Assembly (NCBI RefSeq): GCF_963921235.1
Contig: NC_086097.1
Coordinates: forward strand, 165,790,001-165,854,000
Origin: Mobula hypostoma
Lineage: Eukaryota
Direction of reading: 5' to 3'
DNA: 64,000 nt
The notes under the pieces are model-generated. The model did not search any database. It worked only from the letters and a program-made list of their open reading frames with translations, and was not told where the DNA came from. Position numbers and translations under genes: made by a program. Shown here piece after piece: positions 1 through 12,114 of the stretch (positions within the stretch are counted from its first letter, which is position 1; every line of letters starts with the position of its first letter).

Positions 1-84
1 TTTTGCAACTGTAACTACAATGCCTCTACTTTCTGAAGAGGCTGAAGAGAGCTGGGCTTTGCACATCCATACTTGCATTGTTCT

Positions 85-340
85 GATGAGGAAAAACTTC
101 TTCGCACAGAGAGTAGTGAATCTGTGGAATTCTCTGCCACAGGAAACAGTTGAGGCCAGTTCATTGGCTATATTTAAGAGGGAGTTAGATATGGCCCTTG
201 TGGCTAAAGGGATCAGCGGGTATGGAGAGAAGGCAGGTACAAGGTTCTGAGTTGGATGATCAGCCATGATGATACTGAATGGTGGTGCAGGCTTGAAGGG
301 CCGAATGGCCTACTCCTGCACCTATTTTCTATGTTTCTAT
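85..340 (+). mobile_element. CR1/HER1 LINE 3' fragment (5'-truncated), inserted in an older Rex1-like relic
   Basis: Encodes the ORF2 C-terminus (MRKNFFAQRVVNLWNSLPQETVEASSLAIFKRELD), near-identical to the 3' end of the LINE at 7311-11298. Has a (TTTCTATG)n tail and a candidate TSD TGTTCT at 79-84 and 340-345. Confidence 0.85.
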
Positions 341-994
341 GTTCTACAGATGCACAGTAGAGAGCACCCTGACGAACTGCAAGAGGAGGTTACGTAGCAT
401 CCATGCTAGGAGTACCAGACTCAAAAACAGTTACTTTCCCCAAGCAGTAAGGCTGATCAACACCTTCACCCACTAACTCCTCCAATACTTTATTGCTTTC
501 CTTCAGTCACCTTATGTATAGCCTAGTGTTACGTTATGGACATACAATCAATCTACATATGTATAATCAGCTATCTTGTGTATTTATATTTATTGTGTTT
601 TATTAATATTGTGTTTTTTTAATCTTTTGTGGGTTTTTTGTGCTGCATCAGATCCGGAGTAACGATTATTATGTTCTCCTTTACACTTGTGCACTGGAAA
701 TGACAATAAACAATCTTAAGTCTTGAAAATAATATCCTAATTCCTATAATCGGTTTAAGAATTGAGACATTATACTGTACCATGACTGATGAAGGCCTCT
801 TTTCACCACCCTGTAATGCTGCTTTCAATGAACAATGCACTTGTACCCCTAGGTCCCTCTGACCTATTATACCTCACCAGTGCCCTGACATTCATAGTCC
901 TACATTGGTTTGACTTTCCAAAATGCATCACTTCACACTTATCTGTATTGAAACCCGTTTGCAAAATTTCACAAGACAAGGTTTCATTGTCACT

Positions 995-1400
995 CGAATC
1001 AAATTCAGAATCAGGTTTATTATCACTGACATGTATCATGAAATTTGTTGTTTTGCAGCATTAATACAATGCAATGCATTAAAATATTGTAAGAAATATA
1101 AAGAAGTAAATTAGTGCAAAAGGAGAACATAATGTGAGGTAGTGTTCATGGGTTCATGGACTGTTCAGAGAGGAAGAAGCTGTTCCTAAAGCATTGAGTG
1201 TGTGGCTGCTGTGCCTTGCTGATGGTAGTATGTGAAGAGGGCATGTCCTGGATGGCAAGAGTCCCCAGTGATGGATATCGTCTTCTCGAGGCACCATCTT
1301 TTGATGATGCCCTTGATGGTAGGGAGACTTGATTCCGTGATGAAACTGGCTGAGTCTACAATCCTCTGAAGCATTGTTTTCTGATCCTGTGTGGCGATTC
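995..1400 (-). mobile_element. Rex1/Babar-type LINE 3' relic
   Basis: Minus-strand translation LQRIVDSASFITESSLPTI...HPGHALFT resembles the Rex1-type ORF C-terminus. The 3' end (+ strand AGAATCAGGTTTATTATCAC) is shared with other copies in the window. Boundaries are approximate. Confidence 0.6.
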
Positions 1401-2556
1401 AACCCATCAGCATGCTCTTCAGAAATTTGCTGGAGTCTTTGGTGGCAGTGCCAAGCTGATATTGGCCAGGGGTGGAATGCACACTGCAACCAGGATGACA
1501 GCAGAAATCTTCCTTGTCTGATAGAACAGATGACGCTTGGCCGCCAGATGTTTCAGGTTGGGAGAGTAGGACTGAGACAGAATTGTCACGTCTGTGCACC
1601 ATGATGAGTTAATCATGAAGCAAAACACTGCTGCCTCTGCCTTTACCTGACACTGCCATTTGGTCCATGTGGTGAAGGTGAAGTCCTCAGACTGGAGTGC
1701 TATGTCTGGAATGCTGGGGGTGAGCCATCTCTCATGTGTCTCTGGTACTGCAGTCTTACTCTGAGTTCTTCAACTTATTCTGTACTGTACATTAACCAGG
1801 AGGTTTGTAGGGAGTGGGGGCTTCAGGCTCCTGCATTTCATTCTTCCCTGCAGTCAAACCCGGTGGCCGTGTTTTCTTTAAGGGAAACTACACTTGCTAC
1901 CTGGGTGGTCCGCAGTCCAGAATCTGGTTTTGGCAGTTGAGTTTTTTAAAAAATATCTTAAAACAATATTGCTTACTGAAGTTGCTCAGTAACTTCAATG
2001 GTGTGATTAATGTAGCTGACTGTGACTGTTGACTTCAGTTATAGCATCCCTAAACAAGAAAATTTGATGATTCCCTTTGAGGTTGCACACAGAAGAATCA
2101 CCACACTCAGGCACAATCTATATATTGTTATAATTTTGTGGATCCCATTAGTAATCAAATATTTAGGTAATTTAATAAGTTTTAACTTCTTTACAGTGTT
2201 ATAAAGCAATTAGAAATTATGGACTCACTTTAAAAAGCAAATCTGAATGTAAAATAATGGAATAATTCAAAATATTGTATGTAAGTATACCTTTAAGCTG
2301 AGTGTATCAAGTGTTATGACTGTCTGTATGTCATTGCAGCAGAGAATTGTCGTCAGTGGATAGCTTGTTGTCTTGAATAAAGGATGCTCTGTTCTACAGC
2401 TTCTTTATGAACAGTTTACATATGTGCTGGCCATCAGGGTTCATGGATCATTGCTGTGTCACTCCAGCAAACACAAAATCTGGGAGATGTTAAATGCATT
2501 TTTGCCATGTGTGACACAAGTGATCAGTAATAATCTCACTGGGCTTGTTTTTTCAG

Positions 2557-2654
2557 GTCAGCAAATTCCACCTCTGGATCCCTCTCAGATCAACAACAAT
2601 GGAGCTTTCAAAGTTGGAAGGCACACGGTGCAATCGAGTAAGCGTTGCTGCTGA
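2557..2654 (+). CDS. RAB31: Ras-related protein Rab-31, last coding exon (partial gene; upstream exons lie before the window)
   Basis: Pyrimidine tract and acceptor GTTTTTTCAG| at 2547-2556. The phase-1 exon translates (S)QQIPPLDPSQINNNGAFKVGRHTVQSSKRCC*, resembling the human RAB31 C-terminus (SRQIPPLDPHENGNNGTIKVEKPTMQASRRCC), and ends in the Rab di-cysteine prenylation motif. It lies upstream of VAPA on the same strand, as in human. Confidence 0.9.
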
Positions 2655-5600
2655 GTTTTGCTGGAGATCAAGGCCAAGCAGTATTAAATCATCATCCTCG
2701 TACCAAGTAGCAGAATGGGGAAGAAAGAAAAACAAAACTTTTCTTTTGTGTTATTGTTTGAATTACTTAATAGTCTCAAGGTTACCTCTCAGTTATTGGA
2801 TTGCTGGCTCTTTCATTCTAACACACTGCTATTTCCACTTTCATGAAATTCATTAGAATAGGGAGCTCCACAGAGAGTAGATTTACTATGAATGCGAACA
2901 TTAAAGTACCGGTTATTATTTTTGTTCAGCCTCTTTCGTCCTTTTGATCTTTTTGGCCTTTATTCTTCCTTTATGAACAACCCAGAGATTGAATTTTTTA
3001 AACCATTTTTCAAATGTCCAGAAGTAAATTATGTTTTTGCTCGCTGTAACAAGTTCTCTGCCTGGCCCAAAGCTCTAAAGATAAATGCTTTATCTGTAAA
3101 TTAGACCCTTTGATAAATATCACATTCATCAATTTCTAACTGATTGGAAAGTACGGAACTAATTACCAAAGACCCATGGAAAACTGTAGAAGGCAGAAAC
3201 TGTTCCTTTCATGTTCCACATTTAAAATGTGTTATGTAAATGGTTATATGAAAGTTAAACTTTATAATAATCCCGGGGGATTACTTATGAAAAAGAAATT
3301 GTTTATGGCAGTGGACAATGAAGTCCAGAAAGATCCAAAAACAGAACAGGGGTATTTACTGCTATCTGATTTCAACCAGGGAGTGAGCAAACATACTGAC
3401 CTTTGTAGCCAACTGAAGAAATCTGACAGGATGTTTACTTCTCATTAGTGACTGATTCCTGTTCATGGAATAAAGAAAAGCCATGTCTTTTCTGCTGGTT
3501 GTAGGGATAAATAGTTTACCATATTCACTGATTATGCCCAGAAATGACTAGTTAATCCCCGTTAAGGATCAATGAGTACAGGAGAGAGGTTGGGTAGGTG
3601 GGAGTAGGTGGAATATAATATTAATGAAAAGAGTCCCTCTACAAATGTGTGAAATTACCAGGTCTTAATTAACAATACAATTGAAAGAACTAGAATAGTT
3701 CAGGTTTAAAATAATCATTATGTAAACATGGCACACTCTAATGCTGAAGAGTTAAGATTAAAATTTTTACCTGTTTAATTTACATAATGTAGCCAAAACA
3801 ATAACTGTATGTATACAAGCATTATGTATACTGCTTTTCCAATTCATGCTCCAAGTTCAGGCAGTCTTTATATTTGTACTTCCATTTTCATCATGAGGCA
3901 TTATTATGGACCAGTGGAGTTTTTCTGCTGATTTTCTTCCAATTTGTGTTTAACCATGAAGATATTATGTGCTGTGGACGTGTATTTAAAACTGGATGAA
4001 ACTTTCAAATAGTTATGTAAGCTTTTTTTTTGCATCATTCTTCCTTGATCTATTAATTTCATTAACAAATTTCATTCACCTAGCGGTTTGTAAATCTTTG
4101 TGTACAATATATGACCAATATTTACTGTAAGGTGCAAAAACTCTCCTCCCTTTTCTTTGCAAATTACATCAGCTTTTGCTAACCAGGCAATGCAATTCAG
4201 AGATTGAAAAACTTGTAATACCACCTACAGAATATCTGATCACTGGGAGCCATTGTGGAACTTTTTTACTGATGATACTTTGTGAATGAACTGCACAAAG
4301 CCTAAACCAGGAAGTGCACATTAGAAGTTATTAATGTTTTAATATTAAAATAAAGAAGGGAAAGAGGGAAATGATAGAAAAAAAGCTGTCAATATACTTA
4401 CAATTTTTAACAAAAAAAATTAATAATTTACTACTCTTACAAAAATGTTTCAATGACTTCAAGAAATTGTTTGGCAGCAATAACTGCCATTAACAGGGAT
4501 ATTTAGACCAAAATTGGAAAACACTTAGTATTTTTAAGATGAATTTATGTCCATGTTTCAATGATAAATATTTCATGCTATTCATTTTTGAATAAGGTGT
4601 CTTACGGCAATTGTAACTTCAGTGCAGATTATTAAGTAATATTACACCTTAGCCAACAACTTAAGATTTTTGCACATTTGTAAAGTAGTCCTTCAATTTG
4701 TACTAAATAACAAAAAGCATTATGAATATCATAGTTGTTTGTACAGTAAATTATGGCCAAGTATTTTGATACCCTTGCATCTTCGATATTTCCCAACTAT
4801 ACCTCTATCCCTTTCTTTAAAAAGATTAATCAACACAACCAATCGGCAATTGGTTATGATACATGTAACATGTTTCATTCACTGTGTTACTTAGTTTCAG
4901 TGCATCCCAAAATCAGTCATCTACTGTAGAGGGGCCATTCAGCCCATCATGTCCAACCCAAACATAAACAAGCCATCTGGGATTATCTCTGTTCTGTAGT
5001 TTCACATTGTAATTACTCATCCAGTTCAGTGTGACAAAGATTTCTGTCTTTATCGTTCTTTCAGAAAGTAAACTCTGGGTTCCTACCACCCTCTGAATGA
5101 AAGCCAAATTACATTTTCCTCTCTCAGCTTCCTACAAATTAACATCTCAGTCCCTTCATGTTGTGCTCTTTCCTAAGGGACTAGATTAATTTTTCTGCTT
5201 GCTGTCATCGTACATAGGATGGTTAACTTACCTTGGCCTTGTGCATCTTTTAAGGCTCTGTCAAATTATGACAAGCATATTTTTAACTTCTGCTTTCATT
5301 AGGTTGAGCAAGCTTCAGGGTAAGAGATGAGTGAGTGAGGTTTCCGGGAAAGACATTTGTTGTTGCCCATTAGCAACTGAAGAGCTGTAGAACAGTATAT
5401 CTCTACGTTATTCTTACTCCTGACTGGGAATTCACCTAGGAAGAAATCTCTTTACTCCCCACAGTGGCACAACAGAAATGTTCCAGTGCTCCTGCATTGC
5501 CTGAACATTACTCTGCAGAAACCAGAAAGGTGAACAGTAGATTGCTAAAATAAACTAATTAAGTTTTATAATTATTCAAAAACCTTGATATGACTCATTC

Positions 5601-6345
5601 AACATTAATGCAAATCAAATTATTTGTTTATTATAAACGATGTTTGTAGGCGCTTCCTGTATGCAAATTGGTTGCCTCATTTCCTAAATTACAACAATGA
5701 TTGCAAAGATATTTCAAGGGCAGTAAAGTGATTTTTCTGAGGCACTTTTGTTGTGCAATTATTGAACATCTGCTGCCATTGATTTCTTTAATTATCCTGG
5801 TTTAATAACCACATAATCATTTATCACATAGGTTTTGAGAATGATTATTGAATTATTTCATTTTATGGTGTCTGGTGTAACTTTCTGTATAAAAATGTCC
5901 CAACTAGATTTTGGTTTTGATGTAATCGTAATTATATAAATACTGCAAATGAATCCATATTGTCCACATGACATTGGAAATTGTAGCTACCATTGTAAAG
6001 GAAAATCTTTATAGCAATGTTGTGATTTATGGGTGTATTTTAACATGAATCTACATCAACAGGAACAACATTGATTTTGATGAATTGACACCATGGCAAC
6101 AGTTTGGATATTTTGTCATTCAAGTGTATCTCATTTTAGTGCCAAGTATATTTTAATATTTTTAGATTGGGCTGGCCCCATGTAGAACAAGCCAACTGAA
6201 TGGGTACAATGTCTGTTATACTCTCTACTAATACTGTATAGTGTGACTATAGGTATAGTGATGTGGCTTAAGAAATACTGCCTTTTTCACAAAGTAAGCA
6301 GTTTCAATGTACCTTTTAATAAACATTATTTCATAACAATCTAAA
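2655..6345 (+). other. RAB31: Probable RAB31 3' UTR
   Basis: AT-rich, comparatively repeat-poor tract directly after the stop codon, with AATAAA at 3469, 4349, 5549 and 6318. The true end is not determinable from sequence alone. Confidence 0.5.
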
Positions 6346-6365
6346 GTGTACATTTTGTTTCATTG
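6308..6365 (+). terminator. Candidate polyadenylation site for RAB31
   Basis: TGTA (6308) followed by AATAAA (6318-6323) and a downstream GT/T-rich element (GTGTACATTTTGTTTCATTG, 6346-6365). Repeat-rich DNA starts soon after. Confidence 0.45.
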
Positions 6366-7389
6366 CCTTCAATAGGTAATCGAGTCTTTATTGTAAGGGA
6401 AGAAAATTGCAAATCATTCCACTGTTTCATGGATCATACTTTGTCTCTTTTTAGGTTTGTAGGGATCGTTATGGGGACAGCACAAGGATCAGGTTAGGGA
6501 CGAGGGAGAGTTAGAGACTGGGGCAGTAAATGGAGAGTCATGGAGTCTGGACAGGAGCCTGTGTTCAGAGTCCAAGCCAGAGCACTCCACAGTCGAAGGT
6601 CAGCGATCCAGGTGGTCGGGTCAGCAGGTGCTGAGGAGACCAGCGATTCCCGGGTCGGAGATCCGTACTTGCGGAAGTCAGTGACGTGTCAGGTCACCGG
6701 GGTTGGAGGTTCGTATGAGTCCAGAAGTCGAGGCCTGAAGGTCAAACCTATGATCAGTATGTCTGAGGATGGAGGCCTGATGTCTGAGAGTCTGGGGTCA
6801 AGGACTGGAGGCTCATAGGCAGCCTGTCCTTGGGCTGTAGGCCTGTATGTGTGGGAGTGGATGGGAAGGAGGGACAGGTGCTTGTTTTGTTGTTACTGCT
6901 TGTATTGTTCTGCTGGACATTGAGAGCATGCTGTGTTGGCACCGGTATATGTGGCGACACTGGTGGGGTGACTCCACCACATCTTGGATGGTTATTAATG
7001 TCAATGCATATTTCACTGTATGTTTTGATGTACATGTGATAAATGAATTTGAATCTGACCTGAAATATTGTAATATTTATAAATCCAGACCATACCTTGA
7101 TTACAATGCAGTCCCTATTTCAAAATAAAATGATTGTCTGTTGGAGGCAATTCAAAGGAATAATGGAACAGATTGATTACACTGACTCTTGACTGTCTTG
7201 GAAGGAGAAAAATAGAAGAATTGCAATTGCTTTAGTATTGTCACCTGTACATTGTTTTGCACGGCATCCATAGAGATAATTTCATTACACACTGCCTTTG
7301 AGGTATTACATAGAAACATAGAAAACATAGAAAATAGGTGCAGGAGTAGGCCATTCGGCCCTTCGAGCCTGCACCGCCATTTATTATGA

Positions 7390-10300
7390 TCATGGCTGAT
7401 CATCCAACTCAGAACCCCGCCCCAGCCTTCCCTCCATACCCCCGACCTCCGTAGCCACAAGGGCCATATCTAACTCCCTCTTAAATATAGCCAATGAACT
7501 GGCCTCAACTGTTTCCTGTGGCAGAGAATTCCACAGATTCACCACTCTCTGTGTGAAGAAGTTTTTCCTAATCTCGGTCCTAAAAGGCTTCCCCTCTATC
7601 CTCAAACTGTGGCCCCTCGTTCTGGACTTCCCCAACATCGGGAACAATCTTCCTGCATCTAGCCTGTCCAATCCCTTTAGGATTTTATACGTTTCAATCA
7701 GATCCCCCCTCAATCTTCTAAATTCCAACGAGTACAAGCCCAGTTCATCCAGTCTTTCTTCATATGAAAGTCCTGCCATCCCAGGAATCAATCTGGTGAA
7801 CCTTCTTTGTACTCCCTCTATGGCAAGGATGTCTTTCCTCAGATTAGGGGACCAAAACTGCACACAATACTCCAGGTGTGGTCTCACCAAGACCTTGTAC
7901 AACTGCAGTAGTACCTCCCTGCTCCTGTACTCGAATCCTCTCGCTATAAATGCCAGGATACCATTCGCCTTTTTCACCGCCTGCTGTACCTGCATGCCCA
8001 TTTTCAATGACTGGTGTATAATGACACCCAGGTCTCGTTGCACCTCCCCTTTTCCTAATCGGCCACCATTCAGATAATAATCTGTTTTCCTATTTTTGCC
8101 ACCAAAGTGGATAACTTCACATTTATCCACATTAAATCGCATCTGCCATGAATTTGCCCACTCACCCAACCTATCCAAGTCACCCTGCATCCTCTTAGCA
8201 TCCTCCTCACAGCTAACACTGCCACCCAGCTTCGTGTCATCCGCAAACTTGGAGATGCTGCATTTTATTCCCTCATCCAAGTCATTAATATAAATTGTAA
8301 ACAACCGGGGTCCCAGCACTGAGCCTTGCGGTACCCCACTAGTCACCGCCTGCCATTCTGAGAAGGTCCCGTTTATTCCCACTCTTTGCTTCCTGTCTGC
8401 TAACCAATTCTCCACCCACACCAATACCTTACCCCCAATACCGTATGCTTTAGGTTTGCACACTAATCTCCTGTGTGGGACCTTGCCAAAAGCCTTTTGA
8501 AAATCCAAATATACCACATCCAGTGGTTCTCCCCTATCCACTCTACTTGTTACATCCTCAAAAAATTCTATGAGATTCGTCAGACATGATTTTCCTTTCA
8601 CAAATCCATGCTGACTTTGTCCGATCATTTCACCGCTTTCCAAATGTGCTGTTATCACATCCTTGATAACTGACTCCAACAGTTTCCCCACCACTGATGT
8701 TAGGCTAACCGGTCTATAATTTCCCGGTTTCTCTCTCCCTTTTTTAAAAAGTGGAGTTACATTAGCCACCCTCCAATCCTCAGGAACTAGTCCAGAATCT
8801 AACGAGTTTTGAAAAATTATCACTAATGCATCCACTATTTCTTGGGCTACTTCCTTAAGCACTCTAGGATGCAGACCATCTGGCCCTGGGGATTTATCTG
8901 CCTTCAATCCCTTCAATTTACTTAACACCACTTCCCTACTAACATGTATTTCGCTCAGTTCCTCCATCTCAGTGGACCCTCTGTCCCCTACTATTTCTGG
9001 AAGATTATTTATGTCCTCCTTAGTGAAGACAGAACCAAAGTAATTATTCAATTGGTCTGCCATGTCCTTGCTCCCCATAATCAATTCACCTGTTTCTGTC
9101 TGCAGGGGACCTACATTTGTCTTTACCAATCTTTTCCTTTTTACACATCTATAAAAGCTTTTACAGTCCGTTTTTATGTTCCCTGCCAGTTTTCTCTCAT
9201 AATCTTTTTCCCCCTTCCTAATTAAGCCCTTTGTCCTCCTCTGCTGAACTCTGAATTTCTCCCAGTCCTCAGGTGAGCCACTTTCTCTGGCTAATTTGTA
9301 TGCTTCTTCTTTGGAATTGATACTATCCCTAATTTCTCTTGTCAGCCACGGGTGCACTACCTTCCTTGATTTATTCCTTTGCCAAACTGGGATGAACAAT
9401 TGTTGTAGTTCATCCATGCAACCTTTAAATGCTTGCCATTGCATATCCACCGTCAATCCTTTAAGTGTCATTTGCCAGTCTATCTTAGCTAATTCACGTC
9501 TCATACCTTCAAAGTTACCCCTTTTTAAGTTCAGAACCTTTGTTTCTGAATTAACTATGTCACTCTCCATCTTAATGAAGAATTCCACCATATTATGGTC
9601 ACTCTTACCCAAGGGGCCTCTCACGACAAGATCGCTAATTAACCCTTCCTCATTGCTCAAAACCCAGTCCAGAATAGCCTGCTCTCTAGTTGGTTCCTCG
9701 ACATGTTGGTTCAAAAAACCATCCCGCATACATTCCAAGAAATCCTCTTCCTCAGCACCTTTACCAATTTGGTTCACCCAATCTACATGTAGATTGAAGT
9801 CACCCATTATAACTGCTGTTCCTTTATTGCACACATTTCTAATTTCCTGTTGAATACCATCTCCGACCTCACTACTGCTGTTAGGTGGCCTGTACACAAC
9901 TCCCACCAGCGTCTTCTGCCCCTTAGTGTTACGCAGCTCTACCCATATCGATTCCACATCTTCTCGGCTTATGTCCTTCCTTTCTATTGCGTTAATCTCT
10001 TCTTTAACCAGCAACGCCACCCCACCTCCCCTTTCTTCATGTCTATCCCTTCTGAATATTGAATATCCCTGAACGTTGAGCTCCCATCCCTGGTCACCCT
10101 GGAGCCATGTCTCTGTGATCCCAACTATACCATAATCATTAATAACAATCTGCACTTTCAATTCATCCACCTTATTACGAATGCTCCTTGCATTGACACA
10201 CAAAGCCTTCAGGCGCTCTTTTACAACTCTCTTAGCCCTTATACAATTATGTTGAAAAGTGGCCCTTTTTAATGCTTGCCCTGGATTTGTCAGCCTGCCA

Positions 10301-10437
10301 CTTTTACTTTTCTCCTTAGTACTTTTTGCTTCTACCCTCACTTTACACCCCTCTGTCTCTCTGCACTGGTTCCCATCCCCCTGTTGTGAACTAACCTCCT
10401 CACGCCTAGCCTCTTTAATTTGATTCCCACCCCCCAA
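7390..10437 (-). CDS. CR1 LINE ORF2: AP-like endonuclease plus reverse transcriptase
   Basis: Open 1015-codon frame. EN motifs VNARS, GITETW, VYRPP, GDFN, ILDWV, SDH. RT motifs NYRPVSLTS, QHGF, LDFQKAF, GVPQGSVLGP, FADDTK. The ORF-track start is a TTG, so the true start is uncertain. Confidence 0.93.
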   Translation of the reverse strand: MGGGNQIKEARREEVSSQQGDGNQCRETEGCKVRVEAKSTKEKSKSGRLTNPGQALKRATFQHNCIRAKRVVKERLKALCVNARSIRNKVDELKVQIVINDYGIVGITETWLQGDQGWELNVQGYSIFRRDRHEERGGGVALLVKEEINAIERKDISREDVESIWVELRNTKGQKTLVGVVYRPPNSSSEVGDGIQQEIRNVCNKGTAVIMGDFNLHVDWVNQIGKGAEEEDFLECMRDGFLNQHVEEPTREQAILDWVLSNEEGLISDLVVRGPLGKSDHNMVEFFIKMESDIVNSETKVLNLKRGNFEGMRRELAKIDWQMTLKGLTVDMQWQAFKGCMDELQQLFIPVWQRNKSRKVVHPWLTREIRDSINSKEEAYKLARESGSPEDWEKFRVQQRRTKGLIRKGEKDYERKLAGNIKTDCKSFYRCVKRKRLVKTNVGPLQTETGELIMGSKDMADQLNNYFGSVFTKEDINNLPEIVGDRGSTEMEELSEIHVSREVVLSKLKGLKADKSPGPDGLHPRVLKEVAQEIVDALVIIFQNSLDSGLVPEDWRVANVTPLFKKGREKPGNYRPVSLTSVVGKLLESVIKDVITAHLESGEMIGQSQHGFVKGKSCLTNLIEFFEDVTSRVDRGEPLDVVYLDFQKAFGKVPHRRLVCKPKAYGIGGKVLVWVENWLADRKQRVGINGTFSEWQAVTSGVPQGSVLGPRLFTIYINDLDEGIKCSISKFADDTKLGGSVSCEEDAKRMQGDLDRLGEWANSWQMRFNVDKCEVIHFGGKNRKTDYYLNGGRLGKGEVQRDLGVIIHQSLKMGMQVQQAVKKANGILAFIARGFEYRSREVLLQLYKVLVRPHLEYCVQFWSPNLRKDILAIEGVQRRFTRLIPGMAGLSYEERLDELGLYSLEFRRLRGDLIETYKILKGLDRLDAGRLFPMLGKSRTRGHSLRIEGKPFRTEIRKNFFTQRVVNLWNSLPQETVEASSLAIFKRELDMALVATEVGGMEGRLGRGSELDDQP

Positions 10438-10442
10438 TCATT

Positions 10443-11298
10443 CTAGTTTAAAGTCACCTCAGTAGCCCCCGCTAATCTCCCTGCCAGGATATTGGTCCCC
10501 CTAGGATTCAAGTGTACCCCGTCCTTTTTGTACAGGTCACGCCTGTGCCAAAAGAGGTCCCAAGAATCCAAAAACTTGAACCCCTGCCCCCTGCTCCAAT
10601 CCCTCAGCCACGCATTTATCCTCCACCTCATCGCATTCCTACTCTCACTGTCGCGTGGCACAGGCAGTAATCCCGAGATTACTACCTTTGCGGTCCTTTT
10701 TCTCAACTCCCTTCCTAGCTCCCTATATTCTCCTTTCAGGACCTCATCCCTTTTTCTTCCTATGTCATTGGTACCTATATGTACCACGACCTCTGGCTCC
10801 TCATCCTCCCACTTCAGGATATCCTGGACACGATCGGAAATATCTCGGACCCTGGCACCAGGGAGGCAAACTACCATCCGGGTCCCTGGACTGCGTCCAC
10901 AGAATCGCCTATCTGACTCCCTTACTATTGAGTCCCCTATCACAACTGCCCTCCTCTTCCTTGCCCTACCCTTCTGAGCTACAGGGCCAGACTCTGTGCC
11001 GGAGGAATGGCCACTGTCGCTTCCCCCGGGTAAGCTGTCCCCCCCAACAGTACTCAAACAGGAGTACCTATTGTTAAGGGGCACAGCCACCAGGGTACTC
11101 CCTATTACCTGACTTTTCCCCTTTCCCCTCCTAACCGTGACCCACTTGTCTGCCTCCCGTGGCCCCGGCGTGACCACCTGCCTGCAACTCCTCTCTATCA
11201 CCTCCTCACTCTCCCTGACCAGACGAAGGTCATCGAGCTGCAGCTCCAGTTCCCTAACGCGGTCCCTTAGGAGCTGCATCTCGATGCACCTGGCACAG
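10443..11298 (-). CDS. CR1 LINE ORF1 (5'-truncated): CxxC, leucine zipper and SGNH esterase domain
   Basis: CARC followed by the heptad LRDRVRELELQLDDL, then SGNH blocks GDS, PGA, HIGTND and DGVHLN. ORF-track residues upstream of ICARC come from flanking DNA. Confidence 0.88.
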
Positions 11299-12114
11299 AT
11301 TACAAGGGAAAACAAGAGCAGAATGCAGAATAAAGTATCACAGTTACACAGCAAGTGCTGTGCAGACAGACAGTAAGTTCCAAGCCATCACAGGGTTGAT
11401 CGTGAGCTCAGGACTCCAGCTTATACAAGATGTCTGTTGAATAGTTTTAAAGCAGCAGGATAGAAGTTGTCCTTGAGTATGGTGTACTGAAGTTAGGCGA
11501 CCCGTAAAAGAGATCAGGAAATTGGGAAAATGTGCTTATCCGAAGGACAAGATGGACTGGACTGTATTAATCACTTTCTGTAGCATTTTCCATTCCTGGG
11601 CATTGATATGTGACACCAAATAAAACTTGAAGCTATGACCCTCTCTACCTCTGATTCCCTAATGAGAACTGGCTCATGGATATCCAGCTTCTTATTCTTG
11701 TAGTTGATAATCAGCTCTTTGGTTTTGCTGACGTTGAGTGAGAGGTTGTTGTTGTGGTACTATTGAACCATATTTTCAATCTTCTTATCTATATGCTGAT
11801 TTTTCACAACCTTTGATTCGGCCAACAAGAGTGGTGTATTTAAACACTTAAATCTTCAAAGTTAAATATATAAAGCATTAATCAACAAACTTAAACCATA
11901 GGTTGCAGCTTTGAAATCCAGTTTCTGCTAATCACAAAAAGACAACTGTAGAAGTGATGGCACCATTGGGGGTGTATGTGACACTGAGAACATGTTATAT
12001 TGGGTACAATGGATGCTCCTGAATTAATTTCCAATTAATCACTGGTGTGATACACTTTGCTGAAAATGGTTCTGATGTGTCAGAATCAGAATCAGGTTTA
12101 TTATCACTGAACGA

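Larger units (their letters stand above)
7311..11298 (-). mobile_element. CR1-clade (HER1-like) non-LTR retrotransposon, near full length, 5'-truncated within ORF1
   Basis: ORF1 and ORF2 in tandem, 3' tail (CATAGAAA)n on the + strand at 7309-7334, and TSD ATTACA at 7305-7310 and 11299-11304. It splits an older repeat that resumes at 11305. Confidence 0.95.

Noticed and set aside
2373..2556. N-terminal part of the 93-aa ORF containing the RAB31 exon
   Set aside because: It lies upstream of the splice acceptor and is intronic sequence that happens to be in frame.
7553..11376. Several + strand ORFs of 65-185 aa
   Set aside because: They are antisense shadows of the CR1 ORF1/ORF2 coding sequence.
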